Source of the DNA: the human T2T-CHM13v2.0 reference genome, Homo sapiens
Reading direction: 5' to 3' (one strand)
DNA: 64,000 nucleotides
Assembly (NCBI RefSeq): GCF_009914755.1
Contig: NC_060928.1
Position numbers and translations under genes: made by a program
Shown: piece after piece, positions 31,726 to 54,707 of the stretch
Numbering within the stretch: position 1 is the stretch's first letter
Layout of the letters: each line of letters opens with the position of its first letter
Notes under the pieces: model-generated
What the model saw: the letters and a program-made list of their open reading frames with translations, nothing else
Told to the model about the DNA's origin: nothing
Databases searched by the model: none

Positions 31726-32673
31726 TTTTTCTGCCTTCTTCCCAACATTGTATTGTATTTTCAAACATATAGCAAAGTTGAAAGAATTTTGTAGTAAATT
31801 TCTGTATACCCACCACCAATCCATCTTATATTTTGCTGCATTTCAAAGTAAGTTGTGGACCTCATGTATTTCCCTTCTCTGCTTTCACTTAAGCATGTAT
31901 ATCATTAATGAGAATTCTGTACGTGTTTGCATTTTTTGAAATGACTTTCATTACAAAAGTAATGTGTTCATTGTAGAAAATTGGTAATTGCAGATTTAAA
32001 AATCTACAAATCTATCAGTTAGTAGTCATTTGTACCAGATATTGTGCTATGTATTTTATCAACATCATCTCTAGTCATCCTTTCACAAACCCTAAGAAGA
32101 AGCATTATCCCCATTTTACAGACAAGGACTCTGTGAGCAAGTTGCTGCAGTTCCCACAGTGGCAGAGTCAGGATATGCGTCCAAGTCTGTCCCATCCCCT
32201 GACTCTCAGCTGCATGCCATCCTGCTAGCCTTGTGTCTACTCCACCCCACTCTGAGATAACCACTGTTAACCCTTCTCTCTCAATTCTTTTCCAGGTGTG
32301 TAGATTTCCACAAAACTGTGATTATATTATACAAGTCATTTTGTAACTGGCTTTTTTGCACATATGCAAACCTCTTTCTCCAGCACCTTGTTAACGGCTG
32401 CAGGGTATTCTGTTGAGTAAAGATACCATATTTAAGAGCTACCTTATTGTTATTTATTTTTCAAGTTTTCGCTATTATCAAATCTTCTTGCATACTACTA
32501 ATTTTATCCTTAGGGTCACAAGTAGAATTGCTGAGTCAGAGATTATGCATAGTTTCCACTGTTAATACAGATTCTCAAATTTGCTTTCAACATCTCCTAC
32601 CAGTAGTAAATGACTAGCAGATTTCCCTACATCCTACACTGACATCAAGTATACATTTTAACAACTCATTTTT

Positions 32674-32970
<297 letters not shown>

Positions 32971-33199
32971 CTCATTTCTAGTTAGATAAGCAAAAACATG
33001 TATGTTTTGTTTAGCATACCTTTGATTGTTAATCAAGTTGAACATATTTTCACATATAAGGCTTTCCCTTTCATATACTACTTGTTCAGGTCCACACGGT
33101 TCTTTTTTTAAGTTGGTCTCTTGAATAATTCCAACCCATTTCACATTAAAGCCAATGTTAAGAGTGAAATTTTTATTTTTCAAGCAGATTTTACTTCAT

Positions 33200-41125
<7,926 letters not shown>

Positions 41126-41970
41126 CAAGAGCATTCTCTTATATAACCCCAGTACAATGTTCAAAAGCAGGTAATTCACATCAATTTAATACGATTACCT
41201 AATCTACAGACCTTATTCAGATTTTACCAATTATGTCAATAACGACCTTTTAGCAAGAAGGACATGCAGTGCATCGGCTGTCATGTCTCTTAAATCTCCT
41301 TGAATTTGGAAGCATTCTTCTGTCTTTCTTTGCTTTTTCATAACATTACATTATTTTAAGAGTACAGGCCAGTTGCTTTGCAGACTATCCCTCGTTGTTT
41401 CAACTCAGAGTATGCTCTTTTGTCAGGAAATCACAGAAGTGAGGCTAAGTTCTCAGTGCATCCTATCAGGAGCCACATGCCATTGATTAGTCTCATTATG
41501 GCACTATTACCTTTGATTACTTGGTTAAGGCGCTGTATGCCGGGTTTCTCCAACGTAAGGATAATATTTTGTCCTTAATCATATGGGGGGGAGCTACTTT
41601 AAGACTAAATATCCTGTCCTCCTCAAAATTTCACCCACTAGTCCTACCATCCATTGATACTTCTTACTGACATCAATTATTATTATGATGGCTATCAAAT
41701 GGTTTTTCTATTATTATGATGGCTATCAAATGATTTTTCTAGTTCCAGTATTTCTCGTATGTTTGTTAGCTGGTTTCCTACTTGTAAGGTAGAGTGTTCC
41801 CTTTCCCTTTATGTATCTTAGTGTGGACTCATAAGTCCTTGTTTTATTCAATTGGCTACAAATGCTGTAGATTAGTAATTATTTTAATATTCCAGTTGTT
41901 CCACATTTGGCCAGTAAAACTTCTACAAGTGGATTCCTGTGTCCTTTTAAAATGTCCCTGTCATTCTTCA
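41126..41970 (-). mobile_element. Old L1MC4/5-like fragment, right part
   Basis: CATTCTCTTATATAACCCCAGTACAAT...CTAATCTACAGACCTTATTCAG continues the element broken at 31725; 31-bp tandem duplication at 41680-41741. Confidence 0.7.
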
Positions 41971-42154
41971 AAGCTATCACTATTTAAAGGCAGCTTCCAG
42001 ATGGGTTGAGTCTTTTCCTATATGCCCTTGACTTCCTAATGAATACTCAGTTAATTTCTCTGTCTGGCTGGAGAACTCCTGGGCTTCCCTGGACTTCGCC
42101 CTTCCCCTACCTCCATTGCTACCCTCCCAGCAAGGAGGCTTCACCAATGACTGA

Positions 42155-42442
<288 letters not shown>

Positions 42443-43904
42443 AGCCTGGCCTTGTTTAAACACAAAACAGAGTCAGCCCCCAACACAGGGCTGCAGAAGC
42501 AGGCGGCAGCAGCATTGGGTGGACACAGCCATCCTAATGGTGTTTGTTTTTCCCCTGTGTAAACTAAGAAGTGGTTGTGAAGGATTTTCCCTTTGTTGCC
42601 TGTTGCTTTTTTATGCTCCAAAGAGGAAGCAAATTTTGATTTTGCTCAGTAATAAAGGGTACCCAACAACTGAATTCTTACCTTTAAGCTAGCTGTTGCC
42701 AAAAGGGAGGCAAGGAAGACAGCTGATAGACTGCTCATTTTGAACCCAATCTTACGTCAAAAGAGCATATTTTTTTCATTGCTGTGTGTCACATGCTAGA
42801 CCCGGAGCATTTCCTTGTTGCCCCTGGGCTTAGGAGAAGTCCTTGCTAAATGCAAGATGTAGAAGTGGGAGTGACATATGAAAAAAGAAATGAATTAAAT
42901 TTGATATGACACATCATATAAGGAAGAATAATTGTAGACACAGGCATGCAGGGGTTGGGTGTGAGTACATTAGTCCCCACCCTTTTCGTCAGCAGTCACA
43001 CAACCTTGGACATTAGAGCCTGTCCGTCTGATCTAGAGAAGGAATGTTGCTGGGGAAGGAAAACTCAGGGCGAGGTGAGAGAGGACAGAACCTCTAACCA
43101 GGAAGAGGCTGTCCCCGCCAAGCTCCGGAGAGGCGCGGAAGCATGACCCTCAGGTATGGGACCAGGTCTATAGGAAACCCATGTGGTGTGCCCTAATGGG
43201 AGGCAAGCCGGGGAGGACCCAAACTGGAAACCTGATTCTGAAAGAGGAAAACCACCACAACATCCTTTGTAATTGTGCAGCTTGGAAGAACAGTATAGAT
43301 CCTGTGGTTTTCCTGGGGAAGGAGGGGAGCCTAAAAGCCGCAAATGATGTATATTTCCTTCAGAAGCAGGGAAGGGGCAGTTTTCGAGTACGGCTGTTAA
43401 ATCTCAGCACTCACTTCATTCGGTGCAGGCTGCTCCTGTGGTCTTGGCTATAGCAGCAGAAGGCGGGGATGGAGGGTGCCCCAGGGTCAATCTTGGTCAG
43501 CCTCCGAGGAGCTGGGAGTGCAAGGTGTCACTCTGGATGTGCCTGCCTGCTTTTCCTCGCCTTCTTGCCTTCCTTCGCCTTTCCTCCCTCTTTTCTTTCC
43601 TCCTTTCTTTCGCCTTCCCCTGTACACCTCTTGAATTCACCATCATAAAGTTGACCTGAGATGTTTCAATGAGTAATGTTTTATGATTGCTTCAGTTACA
43701 TTATTACAATCCAGTCTGCCTTCCTTGTTTCTCAAACAGTTCTAAGCTCTTTTCTCCTTTTCTTTGACTTGTTTTTTTTTTTTTTTTTACTACCTATCCT
43801 CCTGACTAGTTGTTGTTGTTTGTTGGTTGGTTTGCTTTTAAAGAGTCCAGGATAAACAAAGTATTGCAGGCATGAAAAGGGTCAGGATTTCAGAGCGAAT
43901 TGTG

Positions 43905-44796
43905 GAGGGGGAGGGTCAGGAGGGGAGGGGAGAGGAGGGGAGAGGAGAGGGGAGGGTGGAGGAGAGGTATTGAGGGAGGGGAGGGGAGAGGAGAGGTATT
44001 GAGGGAGGGGAGGGGAGAGGAGAGGTGTTGAGGGAGAGGAGGGGAGAGGAGAGGTGTTGAGGGAGAGGAGGGGAGAGGAGAGGTGTTGAGGGAGAGGAGG
44101 GGAGAGGAGAGGTGTTGAGGGAGAGGAGGGGAGAGGAGAGGTGTTGAGGGAGAGGAGGGGAGAGGAGAGGTGTTGAGGGAGGGGAGAGGAGAGGTGTTGA
44201 GGGAAGGGAGGGGAGAGGAGAGGTGTTGAGGGAGGGGAGGGGAGAGGAGAGGTGTTGAGGGAAGGGAGGGGAGAGGAGAGGTGTTGAGGGAGGGGAGGGG
44301 AGAGGAAAGGTGTTGAGGGAAGGGAGGGGAGAGGAGAGGTGTTGAGGGAAGGGAGGGGAGAGGAGAGGTGTTGAGGGAGGGGAGGGTAGAGGAGAGGTAT
44401 TGAGGGAGGGGAGGGGAGAGGAGAGGTGTTGAGGGAGAGGAGGGGAGAGGAGAGGTGTTGAGGGAGAGGAGGGGAGAGGAGAGGTGTTGAGGGAGGGGAG
44501 GGTAGAGGAGAGGTATTGAGGGAGAGGAGGGGAGAGGAGAGGTGTTGAGGGAGAGGAGGGGAGAGGAGAGGTGTTGAGGGAGAGGAGGGGAGAGGAGAGG
44601 TGTTGAGGGAGGGGAGAGGAGAGGAGAGGTGTTGAGGGAGAGGAGGGGAGAGGAGAGGTGTTGAGGGAGAGGAGGGGAGAGGAGAGGTGTTGAGGGAGAG
44701 GAGGGGAGAGGAGAGGTGTTGAGGGAAGGGAGGGGAGAGGAGAGGTGTTGAGGGAGGGGAGGGGAGAGGAGAGGTGTTGAGGGAGGGGAGGAGGTG
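43905..44796. repeat. Purine-rich minisatellite, 29-bp unit (GAGGAGAGGTGTTGAGGGAGAGGAGGGGA), ~29 copies
   Basis: GGTGTTGAG/GGTATTGAG recurs every 29 nt, with occasional 24-nt units. Confidence 0.95.
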
Positions 44797-45698
44797 CACG
44801 TGCTTCTTCTCGCCTGTCCTATTTATCCAGCTCATCTATGAATTATCAGCAGAAAAGGAAAGTAAAGGAGGAGTAGAGGCTGGGAATAAAATCCTGGGCT
44901 TTAGAAATGGGGTAGTTTAAGAGTATTCTGAAAGGTACAATGTTACACATGTGTACACAGTTCCATAGCAAAAGCGATTTTTCTGTCTACGGGACTGTTG
45001 TTGTACTTGGGGTTTTCTGTCTTTCAATTGGTGTCACAGTTGATAGAAATATACCATGTAGCCCTTATTCCAGAAACAAGTCCTACTTGACATTGTTAAT
45101 ACTCTTGTTTGTATGCATAGGTTCTGGCAACTAGATTATATCTTTCTTGGATACTAGACCTCCATCTTTTTCTTTTTGGGGGGTGTATTTTAATATGCTG
45201 TATCCAAATGGGGTGGTTAAGACACCCCTGGTCTATGTTTATTATGAATGTTTGCTCATATGACCCCCAGCAACACTATATAGTAGGAATATTATTATCC
45301 CCATCTACAGACCAAGTGACTGAGGCCCAAAGTCCCACAGTAGCAGGGTTTTCTGTCTCCTGAGCCCACCCTCATAACACCTGGGCGACACGGCTGGCAC
45401 AAACTGGAAATGTCTTGATTGGTTGCAGACACACAACAGGTTCACTGATAGTGCTCTCATTTTTAATCCATAGCCATTAAATCATTCATTCATTCCACAT
45501 TTATTGACTGCCTGCTCTGTACCAGGTGCTGTCCTAAGTGCTGAGAATTAGACTTGAAGAAGGGTGGAGCACAGTAAGGAAAGAGGGTGGCAAGAGATGC
45601 AGGGCTGGTCCGAGGGACTCTTCTACATTCCATGAGTCCTCCCAGGAAGAGTTGGAAGGACAAGGGGTTTGGTCCTCAAGCATGAAGTGATTTGGGGA

Positions 45699-46536
<838 letters not shown>

Positions 46537-46678
46537 AGGGAGTTATTTGTGGATTTTATTTTTTTAATGTAAATCTAGTCCCTTTTAACTAAGCAACCAA
46601 TCTGTACTTCTTAAAAAGCACCAGTCATATTCACTGTGGACAAAAGCTTATGAAGCAGCATCCCTGGAAATTCACCTA

Positions 46679-47425
<747 letters not shown>

Positions 47426-47982
47426 TCAATTTAGTGTGGTTGAAGCTTGTGCGATGACTCGGGCTATCACGCTCCTCAGGGCCTGAATCATGGGACACAA
47501 TGGATCCGCCAGCTTATTCCGGCATCCTTTAACTCTTGAGGAGCAAATGCCCTGGCAAGGAATCCGTCAGAATCTCCTTCCCCTCCTGCTGCTGCGTGCA
47601 GTGGGCCGTGCCCTGGTGAGGTTCCTGTGTCCTCTGTAGAAGGTAACAGATTAGAAAAGCAGAAGTCCCTTCTCTGTCTAGCATCCTTCCACCTTCTTCT
47701 CCTCATCTGCAAAATGGGGATGAAACACATAACCCCAGGGTTGGGAGAAAGGTCTGACACAGAGGCAAGTGTCAGTGAACGTTTGAGAACTCTGAAGCGG
47801 TGATGGAAATGGGGTATTCCTGGTAACCAGCACCCTCTCTGACCCACGTGGTAGTTATCCTTTTGCCAAAATGTGTGACTCTCTTAATACATTTTGAGTC
47901 TCTAGGGAAAAAAAAAGGCAAACTTAATTCCTACTAATATATCACTCACTGTGTTCTCTACCTTTTACGCTTTCTTTTCCAG

Positions 47983-48004
47983 GTGGTAACAGAAAACAAT
48001 CCAG
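47983..48004 (+). other. PGCKA1: 5'UTR part of the start-codon exon (exon 47983-48036)
   Basis: Polypyrimidine tract CTTTTACGCTTTCTTTTCCAG|G. Confidence 0.8.
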
Positions 48005-48036
48005 ATGGGGTGCAGGTGCTGTAAAATAATACAAAG
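48005..48036 (+). CDS. PGCKA1: C4orf19/PGCKA1 first coding exon (MGCRCCKIIQ + first 2 nt of Ser11)
   Basis: ATG at 48005, donor AAG|GTAAAG; phase 2 joins exon 49225 in frame, giving 945 nt = 314 aa + stop. Confidence 0.92.
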
Positions 48037-48684
48037 GTAAAGCTGGAGAAATACTACTTCTAAATGGAGGAATTTGTGATGAGCATGGGGTCACTTTTAA
48101 AGACCATGCGTGTATTCAGTGCATTTATCCAGCTTGGGGCATGATCAACATTGCCAACACATTAAGAGTTTGGAATTGTTATAATATCATTTAAAAGAAC
48201 ATGTGCCCTAGATTTTTTTAACTTTTTTTGCTCACTTCTCAAAGCATGTTGGGAACACCATCATTTTCTGAGGCTGAATTTGGTCTGGGTTTCTGAGGAT
48301 GCCTGAAATGGCATCGCTGAAAATAAATCACCCCAATCACATATGTGCTTTTAATTTTGTCCACATTGCATTTCAGAAAATTGTGAGTAACGTGAACATA
48401 AACTTCTAACTAAGAAAAAGGGTAACTGATGATCTTGCTTTCTTAACAAATATACTGTCTTTTTAATCATAGTTCTATTCTAGACCTATATATAAATAAG
48501 CTGTATTCCACTGTAATCATACTGTGATGTTTGGCTTTATTCAAAAACTATGTATTGTAAGTATCATTCCTGTGACTACAGACTTCATATTTATCATTTT
48601 AGTGACTGCATAATATTCCACTGAGAGGATATACTCCTTATGGCCCTGTTAGTGGACATTTGTTTTATTTGTTTTTTATTTTAA

Positions 48685-49105
<421 letters not shown>

Positions 49106-49224
49106 TAGGTTGAAAAGTAATCACAGAAATTAAATTAGCAGGAATCGTAGAAAGAAGCAGGGCCTGTGGTAAAAAGCATTAATGATGGAGCAGACCTGAC
49201 TGGTTTTCATTGTCTTTCCTGAAG

Positions 49225-50137
49225 CTATCTCTTTGATCCAGTTCAAGTGCCCTCTCCTGGCTATGTCAATGAAGTCAACAGCTGCAAGCTAGATGAAGAC
49301 GACACTGATAAATTAAAAGGCAAATGGAGCAGTGAAGTCTTGGTGCAGAAAAATGACCCTCAGAGGCAGGGCTCAAAGAAGACTGAGAGCAGCAGCAGGA
49401 CAGCTGATCCATGGGAGCCCTGCTGGCCTCACCAAGGGCCGCTCCCACAGGGGGACGCTGGAGGGGAACACCATGCCTGCGGTGTCAACGGCATCGGCCC
49501 TGCTGCCACTCCACAGCCCACTGGGAATTCCAGCCCCACCCAGGATGACAGGGGCTCCTGGGCCAGTACTGCAAATACTGTTCCCCCAACTCAACCCTTC
49601 CTGGAAGGAGGGGGCACCAGGAAACAGGACTGTGTGCTGCTGACCTCAGAAGGGACCCAAGTCATGAGAAATGGAGACTCCAGAGCTCCTTCTGAGGCAG
49701 AAAGTTTTGCCTTGGAAGTACAAGACCATGTCTTCCAGATACCAGCCCCAGATTACCTTCAGCATTGGGGCCCAGCTGGAGACAACGTTGATCATAATGA
49801 AAAGGACTGTGTTTTCAAGAACCATACTGAGGATGAATCCCTAGAGGGAATTCAGCCCCCAGTGGGGGAGCATGGTTTGAATACGCCCTTCTCTGTGAGG
49901 AGAAGCTGGGATTCATTGAATGAGGATGTGGAAACAGAAGTTCTAAGCATCTGCTTTAATGAGAAGGGTCCTGTTCATGCCATGCCTGTGGTTGACTCAG
50001 GAAACAGGCAGGAGGATACCCATGGCTCCGATGGAGATGGGGATGGGGAGATTGTGGACGAGGATGCAGCGGTGGCGGAGGCCCTTGCAGCTTTAGAAGC
50101 TGCTACTGCAGGAGAAGATTTGGATGAGACTGATTAG
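49225..50137 (+). CDS. PGCKA1: C4orf19/PGCKA1 last coding exon (PDCD10/GCKIII kinase-associated protein; acidic, likely disordered)
   Basis: Acceptor TGTCTTTCCTGAAG|C; open frame YLFDPVQVPSPGYVNEV...AALEAATAGEDLDETD*; protein recognised from memory. Confidence 0.92.
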
Positions 50138-50354
50138 GGGAGGGGATTTGCACAGGGAGGTAAGCTGGTGTCATGCTGAGCATGCAGACGCATTTGCTCC
50201 CTGGATGCATAGCAGGTGATTCTGCCAGCATGCACCAGTGCAGCCTTACCAGTTGTTTACATCCAGCATCTGTTCTGATTGTCAGCATCTGTCCCATGCT
50301 GCTTGTCACATATCTGGAGTTTCACTCTGTGTAGATGAGCTGTCATTCAGGACA
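49938..50354 (-). other. RELL1: Probable antisense terminal (3'UTR) exon, likely an alternative last exon of RELL1
   Basis: Minus-strand acceptor ATTTTTCTCCTAG|TGTCC (AG at 50356-50355) and minus-strand ATTAAA at 49960-49955; recalled tail-to-tail overlap of RELL1 with C4orf19; 3' end approximate. Confidence 0.5.
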
Positions 50355-51063
50355 CTAGGAGAAAAATCTGAGTGGGTCATTGTGCCCATATCCACAGAAA
50401 ATGCAGAAGTTGAACAGCTTGCTTGACAACCCTCAAACATCTTTGAGCACCTGGTACAGATGTTTATGAGAATACTCTAAGATCTCAACCCTTGATCCCA
50501 AAGGCACACAATCACAGAGCATTCCTTTTGACTGTAAACTGTTTACCTTGCTTTTGAGAGCCAAACATTGTACCCAACCTGGAAAAAGTAACTACCCCAA
50601 TTAAAGTGCCTCATGTGTCCCCAGAGCATGGCTTAACTTCAGGGACAATCACCCAGGGAACTAATAACTAACCAGTTGTTCAACAGCAGGTTAAGCTCAG
50701 CAGTTTTCACAGTAGAGCAGAAGTCCCCAGGAAACAAAGGGTTAGTCATTAGCTGAGATGTTGATTTTAAAACACCTTGACCTTAACTTTTTTACATTAT
50801 TACTTTTAAATCTCCTTTGGGATTGGGGAGGCTGGCCAAAATAAGTCTTAAAACTGCTTATGTCATATTTGGATTTTAAGTTCATGACATTCGGAACAGC
50901 AAAGCCATATATGCAATGTTTTTATGCCATTAAATGTCTGATTCCAATTAAAATATAACAACGTATGTGTCTTTCTAGAAGTCTTAACTCAAAGGTGGTT
51001 CTAATTTTCTCAGAATATCAGTGACCCTGGATGTTACTTTCAATGTAAAGAACTAATCTAGAT

Positions 51064-51508
<445 letters not shown>

Positions 51509-52448
51509 AGCTAGACTACAAAATTATACTCAAGGAAGGGACCGAGCTGGTTTGCAGAGCCATAGCTTTGGCTTTCTCTCTGTCAAACTTGATGCCATAA
51601 CTAAATGTCCTGATCTTACCTCAAAGATGAACAAGCCCTCTCTGGATTTCAGCCTTCTAATTCACTGAAACAAGGACAACCATTCTAACGTAACTCAATG
51701 GAGAATTTAAAGGCATTAAGGATGCTCAAAACTATCTAGAAAAAAATAAACATGGAAGATGCTTTAGTTTGGTGTTTTGTAACACAGAATTGAAATCTGA
51801 CTGAACTTCATTTGATTTCCAGCTTTGCCATGTGACCTTGGACAAGTTATGTATCCCTTTACCCATCTGTAAAGTGAGAAGAATAATTGTATGTGCTTGT
51901 AAAGGTTAAATGAGATGATGTAAGTGTTTAGCACAGTGCTTGGCACACTAGGCACTCAAAAATGATGTTTTACTAGTTGAAAACAATTCCTTTAACAAAC
52001 ATTTTTACATCCCCACAACTGAAAACTCTAAAACTGGGAAGTATGTATAATGTCATTATTTGACTTTGGCAATTATTTAGTATAAAACATGATTTCTGAG
52101 CCTTCCAGCACCTTTAAGGACGGCACCCTTACAAATGCTTAATGAGCCTATGGGTTTGTTTGGTACTGTAATGACAAGCCATCGCAAGTGACCTCTATAT
52201 ACAGGGTCACTCAGAGCCCTTAAAAAGATAAAGTCTTGGCATTGTTAATTGCATTAGAGGTATGTCTCCTTTTGTATTTAGTACACCAAATACTTAATAT
52301 TTCAGAATGCTTATTCCTTCAATGATTTCCTAAGTGTATCAGTTGAGATTATGTTCAGTTGTATGGGACGAGTGTTTTATACAAATAGAGGCTTATTTAC
52401 CTCTTATGTAAAAGAAGTCTGGAGTTAGTGATCCAGGGTGGTAGAGAA

Positions 52449-52523
52449 TGTATCACTGACCCGTGTATCAATGACCCACATATCAATGACCCACGTATCA
52501 ATGACCCGCATATGAATGACCCA
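52449..52523. repeat. 15-bp tandem repeat x5 (YRTATCAATGACCCR)
   Basis: Directly visible. Confidence 0.9.
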
Positions 52524-52624
52524 TGCTGCTTCAATCATTTTGGTTTCCTTCTCAAGATCACTTTGTAGTCCATAATGGCTGCTGTGGCTTCAGTCATTAC
52601 ATTTGCATTCCATGTTGGAAAAAG

Positions 52625-52638
52625 AATAAAGGAATAAA
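52625..52638 (+). terminator. PGCKA1: Tandem AATAAA poly(A) signals, probable PGCKA1 3' end
   Basis: AATAAA at 52625-52630 and 52633-52638; implies a ~3.4-kb last exon, consistent with my recollection of the gene. Confidence 0.55.
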
Positions 52639-54707
52639 AACCCCACTCACTCTCTATTAAGGACCTCACAGAAGTATAATTCATCCCTTCCACATTACTC
52701 TCTTTGGTCAAAATCTGGTCACTTGGCCACATCTAGCTGCAAGAGAGACTAGGAAATCGTCTTGCTAGTGGTGTGTGTGGCTTTGCCAAATAAACTCAGA
52801 ATGCAGTTACTAAGAAGGGGAAATGGACAATGAGTTTCGAGGCGGTCAGTTTACAGTCTCTGCCACAGGAGGCCTCAAAACCCAAAAGCCTGGGATACAG
52901 CTGGTTTCAAAAGATTGGAAGATCGTGTGTACATTCAGTGTGACACCAAAGGGGCTTCCACCTTTGGTCCGGGGGAAGGAGGACTGGACAGCTACCGCTG
53001 CTCCAACTTCCCATTGATAACTCCAAACCGGACGAAAAGAAGAAATTCAGACAAAGAAGGGGTAGGGTAAGGTATCAGGGCAGACAAGTGTCTTTCTCTT
53101 ACCCAGACACACACTTTCGCATTTATATATGTATATAATTTTACATCTTAGAACAGCTGCAGAGTTCACCATAACTGACAGCTCTGTAGTTTTAAAGATT
53201 CTCTTTTATGAATAACTGCTTTGAAAAGGTCGACAGATGGCCAATACTTTCAAGAGTTCTTTAAAAGTAATTCTGGCCCCTTTCATCTTTACTCCAGTAT
53301 CCAGGATCCCCCAAAGGAAATGAAAGTAAAAAATCTTTAGGTTGAAAAGTAATTCCAGCTTTTAGCCTTATCTACCAGGTTGTCTAACAGTGAGCTGTCT
53401 GAGCACGCTTGTGTGTGTAGTGTCTTCTTTCTGCAGCCTAGTGCCACCTCTTGTCAGAAAAGTGATGTTGAAAATAGCCAACCTTTTCAAACATTGTGGA
53501 CAATATGAAAGCACAATGCACTCTGATTGGAAGGCACTAACTGTGATTAGGGGCAGACCTCACAGTTCCCCATGAACCTTAGGCAATTGCATCACGTGGA
53601 TATTTACCATGTTAAATCCTGATTTTGAATTAAGATTATTTTATGTATATATTACATATAGGTTTCTTGAGCTAAGAAGTTAGATTTAACTTTTTACTGG
53701 GGGAAAATGAACTATCATATAAATATGAAATTAAATTTTTTCCCCTCATTGCCAAAGCAGATGTAGTGAATAGTTATAACTGGAAAAACCAGATACCCAA
53801 AAAAACAAAGAGAATTTTAGGTTTCTTACATAGCACATGCCCATCTGTCCATGCTCAGTAAGTGCTGGCCATTCGTCATTTTCCTCCCTCTGCCCCGCTC
53901 TGTCTCTCTGATTCTCTTCTCTTCCTACCTCTCCCATCCGTACCTCCAAGCAGGAGGCCTTAGAAAGAATGAATGAGACACCAGATGCAAGTGCAAGTGC
54001 AAAGATCTCCTGACTTCCCTGGTTTGGTCATCTGTGTGCAACCATGCAGCAGATAGAGCACAGTCACTACTGCAGCACAGGATATAGCCTCCTTTCCTGG
54101 ACTTGGACTTAACTCTTCATCAAGGGCACTGCTTTTCACACAACCAGGCTTTATGACGAAAATGTAGAAATTAATTGCTTTCTGGTCTTGTTTCATTTTT
54201 TTTCTCTAGATTAAACCTCATGCATTTTTAAATCCTCTATTTTGGAGTTGGTGACAAACACAGACAAGCTGACATCTGTTTTTCATGGTAAATCCTTTCC
54301 CTGTTAACTAATAGAACAATAAGTCATTCATTTATAGATTTACTAAATTTGTAAGTTTCTCATATGTATCAGGTTATACAAACCACACCTAAGTGGTCTG
54401 CTAACTTCTGAAGCACTCCCAGCCACTTTAAGAAACATTTTATGCAAGTCAATGTGTTGATCGTAGATGATGCTTACCTGCACATTTAGTCACTTGGAGT
54501 CAACTATTAGCAATTTTTTTCAACTGAAATATCTGTACTAAAAAAATGCGTTTGGCCTGAGATCTAAGTTAGTGTACGGCACAAGGGGGGAACTCAATAC
54601 ATATTTGTTGATTGAAAGAATACATAAAAGAAGTCTGGAGTTAGTGATCTTTTCCCGGTCTGGTTGGGGAGATATCATGCAGGTAGCCAGGATTGTGCTG
54701 GATTGTG

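Larger units (their letters stand above)
52335..52805 (-). mobile_element. Old MLT1 (J/K-like) LTR relic
   Basis: TGTATCAGTT...AAGAAGTCTGGAG...TTTGGTCAAAATCTGGTCACTTGGCCACATCTAGCTGCAAGAGAGACTAGGAAAT. Confidence 0.55.

Noticed and set aside
41680-41741. 31-bp direct repeat
   Set aside because: Ordinary tandem duplication inside an old L1 fragment
43905-44796. CRISPR-like regular repeat
   Set aside because: Units are contiguous with no unique spacers, there are no cas genes, and the DNA is human
43882-44835. 317-aa Pro/Ser/Leu-rich minus-strand ORF
   Set aside because: It is the translation of the 29-bp minisatellite, whose pyrimidine strand lacks stops; no evidence of a gene
49247-50137. 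ORF-track start at GTG 49247
   Set aside because: The true start is the ATG at 48005 in the upstream exon; 49247 is Val19
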